Part shown: positions 1-11,742 of the stretch, piece by piece
Layout of the letters: each line of letters opens with the position of its first letter
Numbering within the stretch: position 1 is the stretch's first letter
From: Octopus sinensis
Lineage: Eukaryota
Reading direction: 5' to 3'
Assembly: GCF_006345805.1 (NCBI RefSeq)
Contig: NC_042999.1
Span: 50,468,001-50,532,000, forward strand
Length of the DNA stretch: 64,000 bases
The notes under the pieces: generated by a model
Told to the model about the DNA's origin: nothing
The model's input: the letters and a program-made list of their open reading frames with translations, nothing else
Databases searched by the model: none
Made by a program: the position numbers and the translations under genes

Positions 1-1769
1 GTGAGTTAATCTGATGTTAATAAGTTCATCTGATAAACATGTGATACTGAAACAAGAATCTCACTGTTGTGAAATGAAATTCTTAAGCCTACTGCCACAC
101 CTATTCCTGCATGTATTGAGTTTTTCCAAGGATATATAATATTTTTGCAATTGTAATTTATGAATGTTTCCAAAACCAGAAAACAAACTAATAAATTGTC
201 ATATGAAAAATTGATTTTGCTACAGCATTTCACACATATCATATAATTTAGAATGTTGTAGACAATCAAAACATCATAAATATAATCATACAGCAGACAT
301 CTATACATCTTTGTTGGTATTTGATATATTTCTTCTCATTCTTCATCTCTCTCCACTTATTATTATCTCTGCCAAGTTCAACACCCAAATGCTAGTTCTG
401 TAGCTTTTATTTCTTTAATAAAATTTATCTCTAAACCAGTAATTCAGCAAATGTTAGAATGATAACAGTGGTTAATCAGAATTCTATGATATTAACGTAG
501 AAGCATTCATATTGTAAGAGCAGTAAACAGAATAGTGATTAATACTAGAAAGGTGAACTTCAGTAATATTTTTTGTTGTATAAAATCACATATACAGCTA
601 AGCTTCGGGGAACAAAGTTGGGGTATTTAAAACAAACCGATTTCAAAAATTACTTCTTAGTAATTCATAGTCAGAAAATAATAGCAATGATTTGGTGAAA
701 GGAATGTCTGATGATTTGCTTAATCTGAAGTCCAAGCCATTGCATGAAACTAGCAGGTTAGCAAATTATAAAGAATTTATTTTTCAAAGAATGAGAACAT
801 TTAGTTATGCTAACGATCATTTTGTAGGACAGGTAGCATATTTGATATTATTGTTGATTATTCTGAACATATGCTAATGTTGAAAATGTTGATTATCTTA
901 AAAAAGAAAAAAATTTTATTAATTTTGGGAACCACTTTTGACCAACTTTGAAAAACAGATTTCAAAAATCTATTTGCATAACAATGGAGTTTCAAGTAAA
1001 AGCCGTGCAAATGGTTTATATTCTTTCATTTCCCTCCTAACTACTACAGAGAATGAAGTAAAGGAAGTTTTCTCATAAAAGGTTAGTGCAGGCATGATAG
1101 ATGCAGGGCGTGGTTGTGCAGTTAAGAAGGTTGCTCTCCAGGCCAATGGTTTCAGATTCAGTCTTATTGCATGGCATAAAGGGAAAGTGCCTTCTACAAA
1201 AGTCCCAGGCCAGCCAAAGCTTTGTGAGGAGAATCTGTAGATGGAAACTGAAAAAAGTTCATTGTGTGTGTGTGTGTGTATAAAAAGCACTAGGGCTGGT
1301 GCCAATTAGAAAGCACTAGTGATGGTGCCACATAAAATGCACCCAGTACACTCTGTGGAGTAGCTGACATTATGAAAGGTATCCAGCAATAGAAACTATG
1401 CCAAAACAGACTCTGAAACCTGGTGCAACACCTGGCCTTACCAGTTCCAATCAAGCCATCCAACCCATGACAGTATGGAAAATGGACTTTAAATGATACT
1501 GATGGTGGTGGTGACAGACAGACAGACACACACACAGAAACATACATATACACATACATACATACTTACATACATACTTACATACATAGATACATACATA
1601 CACACATTGCTTAATATCGGACAAATGAGAAAGAATGTTGTAGAAGATATGTTTTTTAATATTAAAACTGAAGCTAAGAGCTTGTTGCATGACTTAAGTT
1701 TCATGCCCTTGCAATCTTCAGCATGAAACACAAGTCACGAGACAAATTCTCAGGAAAAAATAAAGCTAT

Positions 1770-1818
1770 ATATAACATATATATATATATATATACATAA
1801 ATATATATATATTTAAAT

Positions 1819-1861
<43 letters not shown>

Positions 1862-1870
1862 ATATATATA
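1770..1870. repeat. (TA)n microsatellite
   Basis: Near-pure TA run. Confidence 0.95.
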
Positions 1871-2696
1871 AATTTTTTTTTCCATGCCAATATGCTGATA
1901 ACAGACTTTTATATTGTCAATTTCCACATATTATATATATATATCATCATCATCATCATCATCATCGTTTAACGTCCATAGCGCGGAAAACAGACGTTAA
2001 ACAATGATGATGATGATGATGATATATATATAATATGTGGAAATAGACAATATAAAAGTCTGTTATCAGCATATTGGCATGGAAAAAAATTTCTTTTGCC
2101 CTTATTTATAAGTTATTTATAATTTTAACCTTTAAAGGTATTATAATATGCTGTCACGTTTTGATGAAATTTTTTTCTGTAAAAAAAACTTCATCCTATA
2201 TTAGTAGTAGATTTATTACTATTCGCTATAAGGACTGGTAACCACTATAAGCTGTGGAGAACAGTTCACATGTGTGCTGGAGCTAGACAAAGGATTTTAT
2301 ATTTAGATATAACTGGAGTACTTATATGTACTCATGACTTTTGCTTCGGCTTTTTTTTCCATGGGCGCATGTAGGTATTTCATTTATTTCTTATCGTATT
2401 TTCTACCGAAGAGGAAAAAAATCTATGAGATTAATTCCGAAATTGATTCAATATAGAAATAACAAACTTTTTTAAAAAATTCTGTTGGCTAGCTTCCTCA
2501 ATTCAGCAAAATGTATTTCTGTAGTGGGTATATAATAATATGTGGAAATTGACGATTTAAACGACTGTTATCAGCATATTGGCATGGAAAAAATTTTCTT
2601 TCGCCCTTATTTATAAGTTGTTTATAATTTTAACCTTTAAAGGTATTTTAATATGCTGCTACTTTCTGATGAAATTTTTTTCTGTAAAAAAACTTC
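1871..2696 (+). mobile_element. Non-autonomous HHR-bearing element, ~1.3 units of a ~505-bp monomer with a 5' inverted arm
   Basis: 2032-2192 is repeated at 2537-2696 (period ~505). 1871-1976 is the reverse complement of 1993-2091. HHR at 2400-2459; abuts (TA)n. Confidence 0.65.
2400..2459 (+). ncRNA. Type I hammerhead ribozyme, core CCGAAGA (U4C), predicted cleavage AUA after 2453
   Basis: Stem I TTTCTA/TAGAAA (6 bp); stem II GGAA/TTCC plus AATCT/AGATT; GAAA at 2439-2442; stem III ATTGA-T-TCAAT. Confidence 0.7.
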
Positions 2697-3080
2697 TGAC
2701 TTTGGTGTAATTTGAACTCATAATGTAAAGACAAATGAAATGCCACTGAGCATTTTGCCCAGTGTGCTAACAATTCTGCCAGCTCGCCGAATAATAATGA
2801 TGATGATGATGATAATAAGCACAAAACCTGAAATAATGGGGGAAAGGGATAGTTGAATTTACAAATTTAAAGTTGTTCAGGGACTTCATAGCGATTCAGT
2901 ATATTAGGTTAGAAACCCAGCACGGAATCTGGATTTAAAAACTAAATTGATTTTTCATGTAGTCATCTATTTATGAAATTTGTTTGTCTGGATCATATGA
3001 ATAAATGAATCAATTAAAAATGTTTGTAGGATTCTTTCTGATATGCTCTTTATGCATTTAAATGCTTTGTTTAATTTATA

Positions 3081-3245
3081 GGAGTAGGAGTGGCTGTGTG
3101 GTAGGTAGCTTGCTTACCAACCACATGAATCCGGGTTCAGTCCCACTGCATGTCACCTTGGGCAAGTGTCTTCTACCATAGCCTCAGGCCAACCAAAGCC
3201 TTGTAAGTGGATTTGGTAGACGGAAACTGAAAGAAGCCCGTTGTA

Positions 3246-3314
<69 letters not shown>

Positions 3315-3552
3315 GTATGTGTATGTATATGTTTGTGTGTCTGTGTTTGTCCCACCCCCACCCCAACATCGCATGATAACCGATGGGAGTGTGTTTACAT
3401 CCCCCGTAACTTAGTGGTTTGGCAAAAGACACTGATAGAATAAGTACCAGGCTTACAAAGACTAGGTCCTGGGTTCGATTTGCTCGACTAAAGGCGGTGC
3501 TCCAGCATGGCCACAGTCAAATTACTGAAACAAGTAAAATAGTAAAAGAGTA
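3081..3552 (+). mobile_element. tRNA-derived SINE, family A (ggagtggctgtgtggtaag head, internal TA/TG microsatellite)
   Basis: Pol III B-box-like GGTTCAGTCCC; matches many other copies in the window. Confidence 0.9.
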
Positions 3553-3555
3553 TAT

Positions 3556-3833
3556 GTTATAAGAAATAGACGATGGAAGACTTTTTGATCTCCATGTGTC
3601 TAATACACGTGGACATGCCTACAAAGTCAGAAAACAACACAGCTCCCATGACTTTCGGAAACATTTTTTCATGCTCAGAGTTGCTGAAGCATGGAATAAA
3701 CTGCCTGCATCAGTTGTTGACTGCCATGACACTGCATTCTTTAAGGCCCTCATGCTTTCCGAAATCCGCCGAAACTACACCTGATTATATATACACTTTA
3801 GATGAGATGTAGTGCACCTGTGCACTGTACACA

Positions 3834-3865
<32 letters not shown>
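3556..3865 (+). mobile_element. CR1/L2-clade LINE 3' fragment with (ATT)n tail
   Basis: Translates to TRGHAYKVRK..RKHFFMLRVAEAWNKLPASVV, the conserved CR1 ORF2 C-terminal motif (TRGH..K..R..FF..RV...WN.LP), followed by an ATT tail. Confidence 0.85.
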
Positions 3866-4857
3866 AGGTGTTTATTTGATGAACCTTCAAAGAAATGAAA
3901 GGTAAAGTTGATCACAGCAGGATTTGTACTCAGAACATAAAGAACCAAAAAAAAAATATGCCGCTAAGCTTGTTGTTCAAGTAATAACACTCCTACCAGC
4001 TTCCAGTCTCTAATAGCAACAATAACAACTAGCTTATTTCCCAAGCTTCACAGGTTTAGCTTTCTCAAACAATCATATTATTTTTGTAGAAATTGTAAAT
4101 CAGAATAGTTTACAACTAACCAGGTTTGATAGAATTTGTCAGGTTTCTATATTTTCCGCAAATCACTTACAGTGTTAGCTGTATAAATTAAATCTGACAT
4201 GCTGATAATAATGCTATAAACTTTTATGTAGATAGTGTTAATCTGAACTACTGAAATATTGTGACATAAAAACAGAACTGAATGATTACTTAACCTTCAA
4301 TAGCAATCTACTATTAAATGGTGTGATGTTGGATTGAGAATTTATTTGGCTCTTACTCCAAGATCTGCCTTGATTGGTTTTGTTTAAAGCAGCCTCCATA
4401 TCTTGAAGCAAATGCAAGAACCAACATAAACTAAGATCAGTAATTTTATTGTTGGAAATAAGGAGCAATAAAATATGGCACTGAAATGTGAGCCAACCAG
4501 CTAGAAATAGTAGCTAAATCTCTCTTAAATCATACCTTAGCATGTTAGGAAAAATTAAAAGGACTCACTGGATTGTATACTGTCAAAAAATAAGATGGAG
4601 GGGTAATTACCAGAAAGATGTTGGCCTTAGGATTGCTTAATCTGAGTGAACCTGAAAGTGAAACAACAATAGCGATGCCCAATGAAAAAGAGATTTGTGT
4701 CAGTGACCTCACTTTGACCTGCCTAAAGAATTGATTTCAAATTTTGGAACAAAGCCAGTAATTTTGGGAAGGGGCTAAGTCAAACACATCAACCCCAGTA
4801 CTCATCATTATCATCATCATCATCACCATCATCCAGTGTTTTAAATCTGGGTTTTGT

Positions 4858-5165
4858 CCCCAAAGCCTTGTGAGCAGATTTGGTAAACGGATACTGAAAG
4901 AAGCCCGTCTTATATGTACATATATGTATCTGTATGTGTGTGTGTATATGTTTGTGTGTCTGTGTTTGTCCCCCCAACATCGCGTGACAACCGATGCTGG
5001 TGTGTTTACGTCCCCTTAACTTAGCAGTTCGGCAAAAGAGACCAATAGAATAAGTACTAGGCTTACAAAGAATAAGTCCTGGGGTCGATTCGCTCAACTA
5101 AAAGGCGGTGCTCCAGCATGGCCACAGTCAAATAACTGAAACAAGTACAAGAGTTAAAAAGAGTA
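4858..5165 (+). mobile_element. SINE family A, 5'-truncated
   Basis: Matches the 3' two thirds of 3081-3552. Confidence 0.85.
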
Positions 5166-5356
5166 AATAAGTTATTTTTTTAGTAAACATAACTTTTACT
5201 GGAAATTTTTAATGCCACCCTGTACATACTATACATGGGTTGGCAGCCAGCCCCAGAAGCCATGCCAAACCACACATTGGAGCTTGGCACATTCCACCAG
5301 ATCACTGAATCCTGTCAAACTGTCCAACTTATACCAGCATGGAAAACAGACTAAAA

Positions 5357-5805
5357 TCATCATCATCATCATCATCGTTTAACATCCGTTTTCCATGCTA
5401 GCAGAACGCTGCGCCAGGCCCAGTCTGATCTGGTAGTGCTTCTATGGCTGGATGCCCTTCCTAACGCCAACCACTCCATGAGAGTAGTGGGTGCTTTTTA
5501 CGTGCCACCTGCACAGGTGCCAGACGAGGCTGGCAAACGGCCACGATCGGATGATGCTTTTTACGTGCCACCGGCATGGGGGCCAGACGAGGCTGGCTAC
5601 AGCCACAATCGGATAGTGCATTTTACATTCCACTGGCACGAAAGGCCAGTTGGGGCGGTGCTGGCAATGGCCACGTTCAGATGGTTCTCTTACGTGCTAT
5701 CGGCACTGGTATCACAGCTACAATTTCCATTGATGTTGATCGATTTCGATTTTGATTTTCATTTTCACTTGCCTCAACAGGTCTTCACAAGTAGAGTTTG
5801 GTGAT
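5357..5805 (-). mobile_element. SINE/LINE-tail family B ((GAT)n tail, internal ~60-bp repeats)
   Basis: catcatcgtttaac..ccgttttccatgctagc end and tttttacgtgccacc internal repeats, shared with other copies. Confidence 0.85.
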
Positions 5806-6496
5806 AATGATGGTGATGATGATGATGATGATGACAGGCTTTTTTCAGTTTCCATCTAACAAATCCACTTACAAGGCTTTGATCAGTCCAAGGATATATT
5901 AAAAGCCACTTATCGAAGACGCTGTGCAGTGGGGCTAAACTTCAGTCTATGTGGTTAAAAAAGGAAATGTTTAACCACACAGCCATGTCTGTGCCTTGCC
6001 AAACAGTACGAATGAATCCCTAACCATATGGTGAGCAAATCAAATTCTTCAGCACACAGCCATACAAACAGAATTACATTGTAAAACAATAATTTCTTCC
6101 ATTTAAGAGTTTTCATTTAAGATTTTTATGAATTAAATCTACAAAAACAAAAATAAAGAATTTACAAATTTAAAATTGTTCAGGGACTTCATAGTGATTC
6201 AGTATATAAAGTTAGAAACCCAGCACAGAATCTGGATTTAAAAACTAAATTGATTTTTCATGTAGTCATCTATTTATGAAATTTGTTTGTCTGGATCATA
6301 TGAATAAATGAATCAATTAAAAATGTTTGTAGTATTCTTTCTGATATGCTCTTTATACATTTAAATGTATGCATGCATTTTCTTTTTGCTTTATTTTTTA
6401 GATATGTTATAAAGAAATAGATGATGGGAGACCTTACACATACATCCTCACACATATATATATTCCTTTAACTATATATTCCTTTAACTAACTACG

Positions 6497-6738
6497 TGAA
6501 GGCACGTGGCTTAGGGTGTTGAACTCATGATCGTAAGGTTGTGGTTTCGATTCCTGGACCGGGCAATGCATTGTGTTCTTGAGCAAAACACTTCATTTTC
6601 AAGTTGCTCCGGTCCACTCAGCTGCTAGGAATGAGTAACCCTGCAACAGCCCGCATCCCGTCCAGGTGGAGAATTTCTATGCCACTGAAACCAGGAAACC
6701 GGCCCTTATAAGTCTGGCATGGCCCGAGAAGGAACATT
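6497..6738 (+). mobile_element. tRNA-derived SINE, family D
   Basis: gaaggcacgtggcttag head with B-box GTTTCGATTCC; homologous to 8476-8722, 34448-34680 and 62520-62800. Confidence 0.8.
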
Positions 6739-6774
6739 TAATCTAACTACAAACACACACACAAAGATACATAT

Positions 6775-7296
6775 AGGTGCAGAAGTGAGTGCGTGGTAAG
6801 TAGCTTGCTTACCAACCACATGGTTCTGGGTTCAGTCCCACTGCGTGGCACCTTGGGCAAGTGTCTTCTACTATAGCCTCGGGCCAACCAAAGCCTTGTG
6901 AGTGGATTTGGAAGATGGAAACTGAAAGAAGCCCGCCATATATCGAATTATATTATATAATATTTTACTATAAAATTGGATTTAACCCTAAATCTGATTT
7001 TTCCCTGTAATTTTGGATTCATTCCCTAATATTTATTATTATTATATATATATATATATATATGTATGTGTATGTACGTGTGTCTATATGTTTGTGTCTG
7101 TGTTTGTCCCCCCAACATTGCTTGAGAACCGATGCTGGTGTGTTTACGTCCCAATAACTTAGCGGTTCGGCAAAAGAGACTGATAGAATAAGTACTAGGC
7201 TTACAAAGGATAAGTCCTGGGGTCAATTTGCTTGACTAAAGGCAGCGCTCCAGCATGGTCACAGTCAAATGACTGAAACAAGTAAAAGAGGAGTAA
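6775..7296 (+). mobile_element. SINE family A with an AT-rich insertion in its central microsatellite
   Basis: Head 6775-6940 and tail 7060-7296 match family A. Confidence 0.85.
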
Positions 7297-8261
7297 AAGA
7301 GAGAGAAAGAGTATATATACTCCTGTTCCTGTATGTTTATGTATACTACTATCTCTCTGTCCGTCTTTTTTCTTATACATATAGACAGACAGACAGACAG
7401 ATAGATGGATGGATGGATGGATATGAAGGTAGGTAGAAAGAAAGACAAATAATCCTTTAAATGTGATGTTGAAGCGCATCGTTATCGGAAACAATATTGA
7501 TTAATGTCAGAGCTAATCACTAGTCAATAGTAATATTTAGTTGAAAATTAGAGGTTTACATTAAAATTTATGTATCTATCTGTAAAACATGAAAATAAAG
7601 GAGAAGAGAATGAATGAAAGAAAGACAGAAAGAAGAAAAGAATGGAAAAACTGCAGCTTGTGCTTCACAATAGCAAAAGACCTAAAAAGATGGAAATTAT
7701 AAATTAGCTCACTTTTGTTACAATAACAAATGTATTTATTATAATTCACCATATATATTTCTAACGCTTTTTATCAAAACATCAAACATTTTCCCCCTCT
7801 CTCCCTTGTTGTCTCTTCAGTAGCTTTTTCTTCTTTATATAGTGTACTCTTTCTGTAAGTAGTTAAGTCCAAAGCAGTGTAGAGCGAGATGCCAATCAAT
7901 AAATAGAAATTTGACCTCAAACAAACATTTGTCAGCTGTCTACTAGATTTCCAATTTTCCACATTTCCATCATTGTTATCACATTTACATTTTGCTAAAG
8001 CTCAAACTTCTTTGCTTAGTAGTAGAGAAGAATCAATATTTTTAACCGTTAAATGAGAAGCTCCAGTGTTCAAAACCACTAAGTAATCTCAATATGTGTC
8101 TGATGATTATCAAGAAAAATAGTTGGTAAATAAATATTTTTGCATTTAATAAGATTATTATCATTATTATTATTATTATCATTATTATTATAATTATTAT
8201 TATTATAATTATTATTATTATTATAATTATTATTATTATTATAATTATTATAATAATTATC

Positions 8262-8420
8262 ACTACACTCACGGAGTGGTTGGCGTTAGGAAGGGCATCC
8301 AGCTGTAGAAACATTGCCAGATAAGACTGGAGCCTGGGGCAGCCTTCTGGCTTCCCAGATCCCCGGTCGAACCGTCCAACCCATGCTAGCATGGAGAACG
8401 GACGTTAAACGATGATGATT
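8262..8420 (+). mobile_element. Family B 3' fragment with (GAT)n tail inside an (ATT)n field
   Basis: Reverse complement of the catcatcgtttaacgtcc motif. Confidence 0.85.
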
Positions 8421-8475
8421 ATTATTATTATTATTATTATTATAATTATTATAATTATTATTATTTAAAAAATAA

Positions 8476-8722
8476 ATGCGCCCTTTTAAAGCCTAGCCAG
8501 GCGCATGGGCCCGGTTTCCTGATTTCTATGGCGTATGTGTTTCCCAGCTGGATGGAACGCCAGTCCATCACAGCGTTACCCATTTTTGCCAGCTGAGTGG
8601 ACTGGAACAACGTGAAATGAAGTGTTTTGCTCAAGAACACAATGCGTCACCCGATCCAGGAATTGAAACCACAATCTTACGATCATGGTGCTGACACCCT
8701 AACCACTAAGCCACACACCTCC
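8476..8722 (-). mobile_element. SINE family D
   Basis: Reverse-complement match to 6497-6738. Confidence 0.8.
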
Positions 8723-8934
8723 ACATTATTATTATTATTATTATCATTTGTTGGATGAAATGCTTAGCAATATTTCACCCGTTGCTACGTTCTGAGTTCA
8801 AATTCCACTGAGGTTAATTTTGCCTTTCGTCCTTTCACAGTCGATAAATTAAGTACCAGTTAAACACTGGGGTCGATGTAATTGACTAGACCTCTCCCCG
8901 AAAATTTCAGACCTTGTGTCTATTGTAGAAAGAG

Positions 8935-9230
8935 TTATTAACTCCTCCTTAGCAAATGTGGAGGTATTATTTTCAGTCACGTTTGTTTGTTTGTTTGTTG
9001 GTGGACAAGATATCTCAAGAACTGTTAGATAGATTTGCATGAAACTTTCATAGATGTTTGGCCTCATGACTGGCATGAATTGATTAGATTTTGGGATCGA
9101 TCCAGTACCGGATAAGGATTCTTGATTATTTTTCTGGATTTTTACTTAATTTTTGAGAGTGGTCAGGTTCATTTTTAGTATTCTCGTTTGTGAGAGCAGT
9201 CGAGTTTATTTCAGATATTCTAATTTTAAA
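8935..9230 (+). mobile_element. Probable Helentron-associated (HINE/DINE-1-like) non-autonomous element
   Basis: ttattaactcctcc...ggaggt short subterminal inverted repeat, then a (GTTT)n microsatellite and the atctcaagaact..gatttgcatgaaactt block typical of this class. Recognised from memory. Confidence 0.5.
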
Positions 9231-9249
9231 TCAAATGGAAATTATAGTT

Positions 9250-9612
9250 GTAATACCCATATCGGTGGCATGTAAAAAGCACCATCCGAACGTGGCTGAT
9301 GCCAGCACCGCCTTGACTGGCCCCTGTGTCGGTGGCACGTAAAAAGCACCCACTGGCTTCCATGCCAGTGGCATGTAAAAAGCACCAACTGATCATGGCT
9401 GATGCCAGCGCTGCCTTGACTGGCCCCTGTGCCAGTGGCATGTAAAAAGCACCCACTACACTCACAGAGTGGTTGGCATTAGGAAGGCCATCCAGCCATA
9501 GAAACTGCCAGATCAGACTGGAGCTTGATGCAGCCTCCTGGCTTCTCAGACCCTGGTCGAACTGTCCAACCCATGCTAGCATGGAAAACGGACGTTAAAT
9601 GATGGTGATGAT
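9250..9612 (+). mobile_element. Family B element with internal tandem repeats
   Basis: ggtggcatgtaaaaagcacc repeats and a (GAT)n-type tail. Confidence 0.85.
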
Positions 9613-10065
9613 AATGATCTCTGGCTAATCATTGAGAGGATGTTGGTGTTGCCTTGGTGGAGGATTGCCCTCTCTGAGTGCTCTTGTTACTAATATTATT
9701 ATAGGTATAGGAATGGCTGTGTGGTTAAGAAGTCTTAACCACACAGCATTCAGTCTCAATGCACTACATCTTGGGTAACTGTCTTCTAATATAGCCCAAG
9801 GAAAACCGATGCATTGTACATGAATTTGGTTGATGGAAGCTCTCAAGAAGACTGTCATATACGCACACACACACACACATGTACATACATACATTTAACA
9901 TCCGTCTTCCATGCTGGTATGGGCTGCATGGTTTGACAGGTAACCCAGAAGACTGCACTAAGCTCCACTGTCTGCTTTGGTATAGTTTTTAAAGCTGGAT
10001 GCTCTTCCTAGAGCCAACCACAAAGTGGACTGTGTTTTAAGTGGCACAAACACTGGCATATATAT

Positions 10066-10104
<39 letters not shown>

Positions 10105-10108
<4 letters not shown>

Positions 10109-10710
10109 CAGGCCGAAGAACGAAATGTTTCCAAGATAAGAGTCTTTCTAATCTAATGTTGTGGTTGAGCTGTTTTGTTTGTTTATTAGTTATTATTATT
10201 ATTACTATTATTAGTACTAGTATTGTCCCTTTGATCCCCTGGTCGACAGTTTGCTTATTATTATTATAATTATTATTATTACTATTTTCAGCTTCGCCTC
10301 GTATTGCATATTATTTCTCCATACAGGGGTTTTTTTTCAATGGCGGCCCATTTTCGCGGGGTTCTACTGTTCTTCTCTATCTATCTCTCTCTCTCTCCCT
10401 TTCTCACGTTGTCTGCCATTCCCCCCCCTTCCATTGCTAAGAGCATTTCTAAGCCAGCCCGTCAGTTCAACCTTCGTATATTCCCGGTGCACCCGCCCTT
10501 GCCCACCACCAATACCGGATATCTCTATATTTTTGCTCCATCTATACCGGATGTCGCTTCTCCCACCACCATTATAGGTGTCTACTCTTCGAACCCCCCT
10601 CTTCAATACGCTATTTCACCATGCATTACCCCTCTCTTGATATCCTACGTTCTACTTGCCTAGAACCTGTCATCATTTCTCTGAACCACCCCTCCCCACT
10701 GGTGCTCCCC
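10105..10710. mobile_element. Possible LTR fragment (solo/truncated)
   Basis: CpG-rich, non-coding block beginning TGTCAGG directly after (TA)n. No internal domain or second LTR seen. Confidence 0.35.
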
Positions 10711-10734
10711 TATATATTTCTGCCCCCCACCCCA

Positions 10735-10979
10735 CATAAAAGCACCATCCGAACGTGGCCGATGCCAGACCCCTCTGGCACCTGTGCAGGTGGCACGTAA
10801 AAAACACCCACTACACTCGCGGACTGGTTGGCGTTAGGAAGGGCATCCAGCTGTAGAAGCACTGCCAGACTAGACTGGAGCCTGGGGCAGTCCCGAGCTC
10901 CCCAGACCCCGGTCGAAACCGTCCAACCCGTGCTAGCGCGGAAAACGGACGTTAAACGATGATGATGATGATGATGATG

Positions 10980-10980
<1 letters not shown>
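10735..10980 (+). mobile_element. Family B element
   Basis: Conserved body and (GAT)n tail. Confidence 0.85.
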
Positions 10981-11017
<37 letters not shown>

Positions 11018-11027
11018 CACACAAGAA

Positions 11028-11253
11028 GGCGGCGAGCTGGCAGAAACGTTAGCATGCCGGGCGAAATGCGTAGCTGTATTTCGTCTGTCGTTACGTTCTG
11101 AGTTCAAATTCCGCCGAGGTCGACTTTGCCTTTCATCCTTTCGGGGTCAATAAATTAAGTACCATTTACGCACTGGAGTTGATGTAATCGGCTAAATCCC
11201 TTTGTCTGTCCTTGTTTGTCCCCTCTGTGTTTAGCCCCTTGTAGGTAGTAAAG

Positions 11254-11257
<4 letters not shown>
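11028..11257 (+). mobile_element. tRNA-derived SINE, family C (ggcggcgagctggcagaaacgttagc head)
   Basis: B-box GAGTTCAAATTCC; homologous to 15735-15960, 27888-28112 and 30654-30883. Confidence 0.9.
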
Positions 11258-11289
<32 letters not shown>

Positions 11290-11293
<4 letters not shown>

Positions 11294-11618
11294 ATTTAGG
11301 AATGGTCATGTTGCCATTTTAGCTAATAAAAACACAAGCACTATATATTTGGTGTTAATTTGCTTCAGCTTTATTTATTTTTTACATTAATCTTAATCTT
11401 GTTTCGGCCAGAGTTCTTTCGTCACACTCCCGTGACCTCATCAGTGGTCCTTTGCTTTCTTCTTTCTTATTTGTGTATCTCCCCTTACTAATGATCAGCC
11501 ATTTTGCATTTTGCGTTCTTTTTGTATGCGTCACATTTGCTGAAGTAAACTAACACCAGATATATAGTGCGTGTGTCTTTATTGGCTAAACTGGCAACAT
11601 GACCATTCCTAAATACAA
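11290..11618 (-). mobile_element. HHR-bearing element with ~80-bp inverted ends
   Basis: 11290-11369 is the reverse complement of 11539-11618; HHR in the middle. Confidence 0.7.
11406..11450 (-). ncRNA. Type I hammerhead, core CUGAUGA, predicted cleavage CUC after 11411
   Basis: Minus strand reads GGACCA CUGAUGA G GUCAC-GGGAGU-GUGAC GAAA G-AA-C U C UGGCC. Stem I has only 3-4 bp. Confidence 0.6.
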
Positions 11619-11677
11619 CAATATATGTTTCAACACATGATTTCACATCAAGAATCTTGCAAAACAAATATATAAAC

Positions 11678-11742
<65 letters not shown>

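Noticed and set aside
2666-2696. CUGAUGA in the second terminal repeat
   Set aside because: No downstream GAAA or stem III; the first repeat reads UUGAUGA with the same lack.
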